Of a stretch of DNA of 64,000 bases, positions 54,456 through 64,000 are shown one piece after another. A program made the translations under genes and the position numbers. The stretch is taken from positions 105,958,001 to 106,022,000 of the forward strand of contig NC_043003.1 in NCBI RefSeq assembly GCF_006345805.1, read 5' to 3'. The stretch's first letter is position 1, and each line of letters begins with the position of its first letter. The notes below the pieces were generated by a model, which saw only the letters and a program-made list of their open reading frames with translations, made no database searches and was not told the DNA's origin. The DNA is from Octopus sinensis (taxonomy: Eukaryota).

Positions 54456-54498
54456 GTGGGCATATGGTGTAGTGTTTAAATATAGAACTAGGTTAGAT

Positions 54499-54547
54499 GG
54501 GTGCTGATGAAGGGGTAAAACACCCCTGACATATGACATATACACTC
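54499..54547 (+). ncRNA. Hammerhead ribozyme motif with GAAA to GACA change
   Basis: GGGTG-CTGATGA-AGGGG-taaaaca-CCCCT-GACA-TATGACATA-TA-CACTC. Confidence 0.6.
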
Positions 54548-55023
54548 GTTGCCAATTTTTGTCTTCGACCTTATTGTTTGTTTACATCTGACGTCTCGTA
54601 TACGAAATGTTGTAGCACAAAATCGCTGCTGACTATAATTTCTGTAGGAATAACCCTAAAAAAATAATTCGGGGCAACAGTAGAAAATACTTGTGGAAAG
54701 TGGTCCAAATGAAAGTTAAACAGGGGCCACAGGGCTGCAAAGCAAATTATTAACCACACAACTATTCTTGTCCCAATATTTATTACATTTTAAGGCAGCG
54801 AGCTGGTAGAAACATTAGCACACCGGGCGAAATGTTTAGCGCTATTTCGTCTGTTTATACATTCTGAGTTCAAATTCCGCCGAGGCCAACTTTGCCTTTC
54901 ATCCTCTCGGGGTCGATTAAATAAGAACCAGTTACGCACTGGAGTCAATGTAATCGATTTAAACCCTTTGTCTGTCCTTGTTTGTCCCCTCTATGTTTAG
55001 CCTCCTGTAGGCAATAAAGAAAA

Positions 55024-55077
<54 letters not shown>

Positions 55078-55204
55078 TATTATTACTATTACTATTATCA
55101 TTATTATTATCATTATTATTATTATATCATTATTATTATTATTATTATTATCATTATTATTATCATTATTATTATTATTAGTACTATTACTATTATTATT
55201 ATCA

Positions 55205-55235
<31 letters not shown>

Positions 55236-55263
55236 CATTATTATTATTTTATTATTATTATTA

Positions 55264-55297
<34 letters not shown>

Positions 55298-55345
55298 CAT
55301 CATCATCATTACTATTATTATTATTATTATCATTATTACTATTAC

Positions 55346-55387
<42 letters not shown>

Positions 55388-55395
55388 CATTATTA

Positions 55396-55459
<64 letters not shown>

Positions 55460-55546
55460 CATTATTACTATTACTATTATTATTATTGCTATTATTATTA
55501 TTATTTTATTATTATTATTATTATTATTATTATATTATTATTATTA

Positions 55547-55582
<36 letters not shown>

Positions 55583-55848
55583 GGCGGAGAGCTGGCAGAA
55601 ACGTTAGCACGCCGGGTGAAATGCTCAGCGGTGTTTCATCTGTCTTTACGTTCTGAGTTCAAATTTCGCCGAGGCCGACTTTGCCATTCATCCTTTCGGG
55701 AATCGATAAATTAATTACTAGTTGCGTAGTGGGGGTCGATCAAATCTACTGGCCCCCTTCCCCCAAAATTTCGGTTCCTAGAGTAGAAAAGAATATTTAT
55801 TCCATTTTTTGTTTTACTATATCTGTAGATTTTTAAAGCTGTACTTAA

Positions 55849-56000
55849 CTTTCAGCGTATTCTTTGATACTTTATAGTCCTTTGAATTAGCCCAGATCTT
55901 GTCAACGTCGTACGGCCCTTCAGTTGAAACTGCTGACCAATCGTATTCTAGCGCTAAGGACATACACTGCGGAAACTGGATAATCGAGCGAATGTAAAAC
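55849..56000 (-). CDS. REJ/PKD-domain gene, exon 2 of 8 identified
   Basis: Acceptor gcaacag|; frame FYIRSIIQFPQCMSLALEYDWSAVSTEGPYDVDKIWANSKDYKVSKNTLK-G; the required phase-1 donor reads AAG|TTAAGT (non-canonical, see findings). Confidence 0.65.
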
Positions 56001-56161
56001 CTGTTGCGATAAAATATTTAAAATAGTTTGATATTAATAACTACACTTGACTAATTAGTGAAATGTTGCTCGATTGGTTACAACCTTGTATTAGTCTATG
56101 TATTAGTTTAATTTATAGTTTCAGTTACCTCAAGCAAAGTTGATACGCAATAGAAAGAGAT

Positions 56162-56203
<42 letters not shown>

Positions 56204-56779
56204 AAAGAGAGAATGAAAGAGAAAGAGTTCAGAAAATATATATTCATACAAGCCAAACAGAGCATATGAACACACACACACACACATGTATATATTTGTT
56301 CACTCAACACACCTAATAAATATATTATTATATTATTGGTCCGACAGCTAGTAAACTTAAGACAAGATGGAATAACCACTTAGATACTTTTATATATAAA
56401 AGAAAATTGCATTGCTTATCTCTTGCAAAGTTATTTTGAAAACTAAAAGACGAGAATGATGATTACACGATCTCATTGTATCCTCTGAACTACTTTTCAT
56501 TACGAAGGTCGAGGTCAAACTTGTGATTTATGTTTAAAGGAAGCTATTGAAATTCAAAAATACCGAACCAGTTTAATTAATCAACTCAATGAATTATTAA
56601 TAAGGCGATCTCAACGCACATTTAAAAAAAAAATAGCCTTACCTAGTAAATAAGTAGTCATTGACTGTATTAGAAAATATAAAATATATACATGTATTTT
56701 GACAGTTACAGTTTGGCTGGTGGAGTGGTGTATGTGAGTTTGTGGTCGTAGTTACTGATTTGCGATGTTATGTTATCTA

Positions 56780-57700
56780 GACAAGAATAACGAACCTTAA
56801 CATTAAATGAGTTGAAGAGCTTCTGATGTTTGTACGTGAATGTGAATATCTTACTAGAGTTGGGAAATTCCTAGTCATTTTCCTCTTCTTATTTCTACTC
56901 TGCTGTGTAGTGGCTAGGATCTTATCCGCATAAAAAAAGTCTTCACTGATGTCGCTTCTAGCTGACATATATTTATAATAGGGTTTGCTATAGTAAATTC
57001 ATCTCTGTCCCAGCACAGAGTCTCCTATCCATTCCTGTTACAATACCACAAGGTTCCTGAATATAAGCAGTAGATGTTTGGCACTTTTTATGGATGTAAA
57101 TGGTATTCCCATTCAAATTTCTGTGAGAATGGTGTTTGTCTCTCTGTAAGTCTAAAGTGATGTCGAAGAAAACGACTATCATTACATTATTGATAATGAT
57201 TATTTTTAAGCCCAAAGTCTTGAAGATTTTTTCATTAAATTCTTCCAGAATCTATCATTAGTGTAACCATTCATATTGTGTGTAATTGCTAAGCAATATT
57301 CTCTGTGCAATTTATCTACAGAGATAAATTGTACTAGTTTACATGTATTGGCAAAGAATCAGTGAATTCTCTCCATCGTTAATCACAGTTTTACATTGGC
57401 AAACATTCGAAGTATGTGCTTGTGATCAAACGATATTGTAATATGGAAGGTGTTGTATATGTTTGTATTTTTTGATGGGCGCCGTCGCTGATTAACGCTA
57501 TTAAAAAGGTTGAATACTTGTGTGTGGGTGAGAAATAATGTTTAGATTTAGAAAATTTCTGGCTATATTCGTGATAACATCTTGATTGGAGCTGATGCGA
57601 TTTCAGATAGTATGGATGTTAATCAATCCAAAACGATCTACCATTTCAGCTCTCTCCTAACATTCCATGGAACTTTTCTTTTTGACCAAATGGAAAAGTA
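56780..57700 (-). mobile_element. Degenerate Penelope-like RT remnant
   Basis: GLKIII..VVFFDITLDLQRDKHHSHRNLNGNTIYIHKK resembles PLE VNFLDITLDL..YxPYRKP..xYI. Confidence 0.6.
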
Positions 57701-57979
57701 ACGTTCATTATGACCTCTGTACCCTGATCAGTGATTGTGGTGCACTCCACTAAAATGGCCAGATTTTAGGAGGAGGAGGGGGAGGGAATTTGACATCGCG
57801 TAAATGTCTGCAATATAATTCAATGAACCTGTAGGACCCCTATTTTTAATGCAGTGTAACCACTGGATGGAGTGATGCTGGTTTATTGTTCTCGACTCCT
57901 GATGCTTCTAATTTTAGGTTGACAGCTTCCAAAATACTTGTCAACTACTCCCAAATTACTCTTAGAAAAGTTTATTAAC

Positions 57980-58262
57980 GCAAATTTGGAAAGGAAATTT
58001 AGCTTGCGATCTTCAGCAACAGAAAACCCTGATAAGCTCAGTGACTACTACTAAATCCAGGCGATGACAGACTGTTTAAGGATTTTAAACTTACGGAAAC
58101 AATATTTACATATCGCCCGACGGAACACAACTGGATCTCATAATACAGGGAAACAGTTGCATATTTAAGTATCTGCACAACTGGAGAACTACATTGCATG
58201 GAAACAATTGTAGTGATTGAAAACAAATGTCCAACTGTACCCCTTCTTGTTGACCCCAATTG
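57980..58262 (+). mobile_element. PLE 3' terminal segment, homologue of 2480-2790, inverted relative to adjacent RT remnant
   Basis: Shared CCCTGATAAGCTCAGTGACTACTACTAA and GGAAACAATTGTAG blocks. Confidence 0.65.
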
Positions 58263-59530
58263 TTTTTCACTTATCTATTCTTACACGACAAATGCCCAAA
58301 TGCAAACCTGGAAGTACGTATAATACTTCAACTGGATAGCAGAGGGTGAAATCTGAAGGTGTGGACGAGCTTTATACTGTACTCTACTATGTTCTTAATA
58401 GAATATACCACAAATATATATATATAAATATATTCATAAATGAAGGCAAAGGAAAAATTTTCTAAGCGTGCGTATTGTGAAAAAATTATATGGTTAATGG
58501 ACAATATGTCCAATTTTTCGGCATATTTGGCATTAGAAATTTTTTCCTTTGCCCTCATTTATGAATTGTTTATAAATTTAACCTTTAAAGGTATTTTTTA
58601 ATATGCTGGCCATTGATAAAATTTTCTTCGAAAAAAATTTTTTTTCGAAGGAAATTTTATCCTCATTAGATATATATAAATATATATATATATAACTATG
58701 AGAGGTATATAAAAAAGGATATTCTTTAATACAGCGCAGCTAATTAGCACTATTCAGGAGCAATGAGACTATAAGCTATGTTCCGAGTTTGAGACCATTA
58801 ACCTTCCACGTAAATGGCTTCAATCAAGCGATTTTGTGAATTGTCAATTAAATTTTTATATTGTACAATATTCTTTAAAAACATATTTTAAAAAATTTAT
58901 TTATTTAATCAAAAAAATTTTTACAGTTAAAATTTTGAGTTGATCTTAAGTTGACCTCCCACATCCATCATCCATAATCTTATAGTTTATTTAAACGATT
59001 AGCTTAGGCACCATTCGTCTCGCCCCTCTCGCGTGAGCGTCTTCGTTTCAACTTCCGTAATTTTAGGAAAATTCATAGATATTTAGAAATTTAGTAAATA
59101 TTAAAAAAAAATTTAATATTATCTTAAAACGTCTTTGTGCTTCGAAATTATATATTTTAAACTTTGAAAATCTTTTAAATCTTTAATGTACCTCTTATGA
59201 GAAAAATGCGGTCAATTGCTATGGGAGGAAAACTCGCCGTTTGCAAACCACAATTTTTCGAAACGATCGTAAGAATATGTACTCTCTAAAGATTCATCTT
59301 AATTCTTCGAGCATCCCCCCTCCTGGGATTCCTGCCTCCTAACCTCGTCGTCGATTCGTAAAATGTGAATGCTTACACCAAACATATTAATGAAAGTACA
59401 TTTATGTATTATACGCTTTCCTGATTTGTATATTTGTACTTGAATTGATACGGTATATAAATATGCGTATGATGCGAAGTGATTTAATATGATAAAGAGA
59501 CTTGACCTTGAAATTTGTTCTCCAATCTTG

Positions 59531-59533
<3 letters not shown>

Positions 59534-59564
<31 letters not shown>

Positions 59565-59920
59565 CTGAAGTTGTCTGTGTGTGACAGGTTTGGTAGCCTT
59601 CAACTAACACTATCTCCTTTAAGACCCTGAGGCGCAAGTTAACCAAAATTGAGAGTATGATAGAAGAAGGCTTGCTCTTCAAATCGGACCTTGTTAACAC
59701 CAAAAATTATTTACATAAAAAATGTCCTTTTTTTAATGAAAATCCCTATTTTTTACGATCTTTTGACTGTTGTGTCGCCATTTTTCGGTGTATTTCAACC
59801 AGAAAAATGTTCACTTAAAGAGAATAAATAACAAGCTACATAATGCAAAATTTTTACTTTTCAAAAATTCCAATTCTAAAGGGTCGAAACAAACCCGAGC
59901 AACGCCGGGCGATACTGCTA

Positions 59921-59921
<1 letters not shown>
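59534..59921 (+). mobile_element. Non-autonomous Helitron-like element inserted in (TA)n
   Basis: Same sequence family as 53036-53422; hairpin plus CTAG|T end. Confidence 0.75.
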
Positions 59922-59976
<55 letters not shown>

Positions 59977-60872
59977 CACGTTTCGACTAGTCAAATATTA
60001 AGCTAAATTTCCAAAAGGATCAATAAATCGTAAACAGTAAGTTAGAATATTCAAAGTTACGACATTAGTCTACTTCATAAATATAGGGTAGTGCTAACCA
60101 ACCCACAAAACTCTCCTAAACAAATATACCGAAAATAGGTAAAGCGTGGATGAGGCTAGCAAGCGTAATTGTGGCCCCAATATGAGATCCCTAGCAAAAA
60201 GCTACAGAACTGAACAATGAAGAAAGTCCTCCGAGAGGAGATGGCTGGCACGTTATAAGAGATTCGATGGGACAGACGTAATTGCAGCAACATCAGGAGG
60301 AAGGAAATAACGAGATGGCTCACCCAATATAGAACGGAGACAATGAACCCCAGCTACGTAACACTGACAACTCGGGAAACCTGTCAGTAGCTGCTCAGTT
60401 GTAGAATAATTGAAATGTCTCCAGCGGGATAGAGCTAAAGAGATCTGGACCACATTACTGACCTCATTAGTAGGAACAATTAAGAGGAAATTTAACAGTT
60501 TGAACTACAATCGTTTTCAATGTGTTAATAGGTTTTGTGACTTAAGAGTGATAGGAAGTGTAACAAATATGTCATCTGTTCATTGCGCTTAATATAGAAT
60601 GAAGTCTAGAACTAACGATAAATATAACAAAACGTCAGCAAAGGATGTGAGCTTCATGGCCCGTGAGGCTTCCAGAGCAAATTCACAGTCTTGCTGTCAA
60701 GGCTTTAGACAAGAAAATTTAACAATTTCATGGCGATTTTAGACATTTCGTTTGAACGACACTGAAATAGTCAGTTTTAGAGAGAAAATTCGATAAAAAA
60801 TTTCTAACTATAACGAAATATTGAGGTTTGTTATTATTTATATGTTGTAATTTATATGTATTATATATTTAC

Positions 60873-61068
60873 GTGTCTGCAACTTGGATCTTCTCTGTGT
60901 CGACATCGGATGAAAGATAGACGATTGGAATTGCATTGGCATCTCTAATTACCGTCAAAGAAGAAATGTCATACGTGTTCAGGAAATTCATCACTTTCAG
61001 TGTTACAGTGTATGTAGTTCCGATCTGTAAATCACTTGAGTTGAGCGTTATCGAGTCCTGTGTGTTAT
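60873..61068 (-). CDS. REJ/PKD-domain (polycystin-like) gene, first identified internal exon
   Basis: Acceptor tttctgcag|, donor |gtaaat; open frame xNTQDSITLNSSDLQIGTTYTVTLKVMNFLNTYDISSLTVIRDANAIPIVYLSSDVDTEKIQVADT with REJ-like TYTVTLxVxNFL...IPxV pattern; ends phase 2, matching the next exon. Confidence 0.8.
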
Positions 61069-62059
61069 CTGCAGAAATTCAAGCATGTATCACCTTACAA
61101 TATATAACCACCACGAATAAAAGCTTCTTAATAATACATCATTTTAAAAGTCACTAAATTAAGTCAAGTGTCTTGGCTAAGCACATCTCCTGACACCTCA
61201 TCATCTGGTTTTGCCTTGTTTATCTAATGGCCAAACTTCTCAGTGCTGTCACATTAGAATAAAAATTGGAGCAAGTTTTAGTGAGTGACTTCACTTGAGA
61301 TCGTGTTTAACCTGAAGTACTTACGGTATTGAACACAATGTGTCACAATGTAGACCACGCAGTTTCACTCCCGGATGGCAGCTGTTTCACTTCCCAAGCC
61401 TTTTTACTTAGAAATTTGATATTGATGATGTTAAATACCCAGCATCTTCCTATTTATTGGTTTCGCAATTTTGCGCAGGGTCAATAATTTGGGGATAGAA
61501 GTTTAGTCGATTACATCGATCCAGTGCTCAACTGGTACTTACTTTATCGACCCCGAAAGGGATGACAGGCAAAGTCAACTTGGGCGGAATTTGAACTCAG
61601 AACGTAAAGACGGACGAAACACCGGTAAATATTTTCCCCGGCGTTTTAACGATTCTGCCAGCTCGCCGCTTTGATCTTCTCTGTCGACGTTGTTTATGCC
61701 GGGCTCTGCTGGGTTCTGGATTCTGTTGTGTTTCAGAAAGATGCTGCTGGCCTGGTTAATAGTTTATAGAACCTAGATTGAAAAAGACACAGTTCGTATC
61801 GCATCACCTTCGTTGCGCTAACGCTATGTCCCCCGCTAAAAGTAACCCCTTAAATGATTAAAAAACATCCATAATCTGATGTCATGGTGCAGTTCACACT
61901 GTACACGGTGGGGTCTTACATAATAGATGAGTAATCAGTCTTACTAATAATAATATATGTGGTGGAGGGGCATGGGCTCCATAAAAAACCCTCACCTTAG
62001 GTATTTAATATGAAGATACATAATTAATAACCGTTTCATTAAGGAACACTGAACATCGG

Positions 62060-62760
62060 TGAGCTGGTAGAATCACTAACGAGTTTGACAAAATACTAAA
62101 CGATATTTTTTCCGTTTTTTTTTATCTTCTGGGTTCAAATTCCACCGAGATCGACTTTGCTTTTCATCCTTTCGGGGACGATAAAATGAATACCAGTTGA
62201 CCTCTGAGGTCGATGCAGACAACTAAGCGACTGTACTAAAATTCTGGTTTTGTACCAATTTTTTTTATATATCACTATTATTACCTCCGTTTGAGGCGGC
62301 GAGCTGGCAGAATCGTTAGAACGCCGGTTAAAATGCTTCGTGGTATTTCGTTCGGAAGGCGGCGAGCTGGCAAAAACGTTAGCACGCCGGTCGAAATACT
62401 TAGCAGTATTTCGTCTGGCATTACGTTCTGAGTTCAAATTTCGCCGAGGTCGACTTTGCCTTTCATCCTTTCGGGGTCGATTAAATAAGTACAAGTTACG
62501 CACTGGGGTCGATGTAATCGACTTAATCCATTTGTCTTTCCTTGTTTGTCCCCTCTATGTTTGACCCCTTGTGGAATAATAAAGAAATAGGTATTTCGTT
62601 CGTCTTTACTTTCTGAGTTCAAATTCCACCAAGATCGATTTTGCCTTTCATCCTTTAAGGTTTGATAAAACAAGTACCAGTCAAATACTGGGGTTGATGA
62701 AATCCAGTAACCCCTTCCTTTAAGATTTCAGGCCTTGTGCCTATAACAGAAAGGGTTATT
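62060..62760 (+). mobile_element. Cluster of family A SINEs
   Basis: Repeated heads and cores. Confidence 0.8.
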
Positions 62761-63264
62761 ACTATCCCTCATTTTATATATATATCCTTTACTTCAAGTA
62801 TGAAGTCAATAATTACTTCGGGGCAACAGCCCCAACGGCGATGGTACCACCGCTAGTTGAAGTGGTGGTGATGGTGGTGGCACTGGGCTTCGTTGCGATA
62901 AGGAATTATAAAGCGACCTTTCTATGTGTTCACTTTATGTATGCCACACGTGCAGGCTGAAATTACATGGCCATTGTACACTATATATACACCATGCACA
63001 CTGCATAGTTATCATTCCTGTTTATAGATATACAGATGTATATACATGTACAATAGTGAAAGCTGCATATAGAATTTCCTATGTATACAACTTCTATATT
63101 TCTTCTACAGAACCCTACACGTTAATAAAATATGCACCATAACATGTATACGCATGCGTAGTGTATGTATATGTATGGACGTAACTATAAAGTGTCGTAG
63201 TATCATTAAAGGCAAAAAAAGTATGAAAGTACGAATGCTTGAGTGAAAGATTAAAATTAGATAA

Positions 63265-63549
63265 TTTTCTTTGTTGGCCACACAGGGCTGAACACAGAGG
63301 GAATAAATACAAATGTAGAGCTTTTCTTTTCGAAAATGGAAAAGAAAAAGGAAAAACGGGAACAAATGTAAAATTCCGATCAAAGGGGATCGAGGAAACA
63401 AAAAGGCGATCAAAAGGGATCGTGTATCACAGAAGGAAATTTTTTAAAAAGTAAGAAACAAGATTAGGTTTATCCGTGGAAAGAAAAGCCTACGGAAAAG
63501 ACCATGGTAACCTCAGGCAGGAAAGAAATAAACACATGAGAGCAAAGTG

Positions 63550-63580
<31 letters not shown>

Positions 63581-64000
63581 GATTTACAGGATCATGCTCA
63601 AAGTGGTTTCGTCACTCGCACGCACCATCTTTGTTGCATTCACCCACCTTTTTTGAAACTTTCACGAGACAAAACCTGCCTCTCCCTTCTCACCTTTCTT
63701 TTCAAGTGGTACTTGAAAAAGTTGATGAGCGATTGGCCAGAGAGGTAGGTGTTTTCTCTAAACCTTTCGCTCGAGTCCACCACACACATTCTTTCACCAT
63801 GGCCACAAGTACCATGAAGACTGCCTTGCCTTCCCGGTTGAGGGAAGGTGGCGGAGCAATCTCCACGATAGACTCGGCCGACAGGCGGACTCGTCCCACA
63901 CGTGACTGCAGCGGTTCGGCATAAGCCCACAGGTCCGAAATGGATGGACACTGCACGAGTGCGTGCAGAACAGTTTCGTCGCTCTGACCGCATCGCGGGC
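63265..64000 (-). mobile_element. Tx1/L1-clade LINE 3' end (ORF2 CCHC zinc knuckle, 3' UTR); continues beyond window
   Basis: (C)PRCGQSDETVLHALVQCPSISDLW...KECVWWTR; frameshifted tail ends near 63588; U-rich 3' UTR. Confidence 0.8.

Noticed and set aside
56643-56664. 22-nt micro-exon with good AG/GT signals
   Set aside because: Exon 60873-61068 already joins 55849-56000 in phase; inclusion would shift the frame
62780-62900. Possible upstream REJ exon (VVPSPLGCCPEVIIDF)
   Set aside because: No convincing acceptor or phase-1 donor found

Overview
AT-rich, microsatellite-saturated animal genomic DNA. The tRNA-derived SINE repertoire suggests an octopus/coleoid cephalopod (inference). Almost all ORFs in the supplied track are microsatellite artefacts or transposon debris. 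Reading splice sites by eye gives one host gene fragment: eight phase-compatible minus-strand exons (61068 to 35354, ~387 aa) encoding REJ/PKD-type Ig-like modules of a polycystin-like receptor; one donor reads TT instead of GT. The rest is mobile DNA: Penelope-like element (PLE) remnants, R4/Dong-type, RTE, CR1 and Tx1/L1 LINE fragments, mariners and MITEs, Helitron-like elements, dozens of SINEs, a 4.1-kb 29-bp satellite with a ~1.6-kb higher-order repeat, a 25-bp minisatellite and a 100-N gap. The most striking hidden signal is at least 16 minimal type-I hammerhead-ribozyme-like motifs from several unrelated PLE-derived families. They include U3-A8 covariant cores, a recurrent A6-to-U/C core, long loop-II insertions, and long fold-back palindromes with a ribozyme on each strand. 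Most sit next to (TA)n/(TAA)n tracts, and several lie in introns of the REJ gene. All calls are by eye; no database search was run and boundaries of degenerate elements are approximate.
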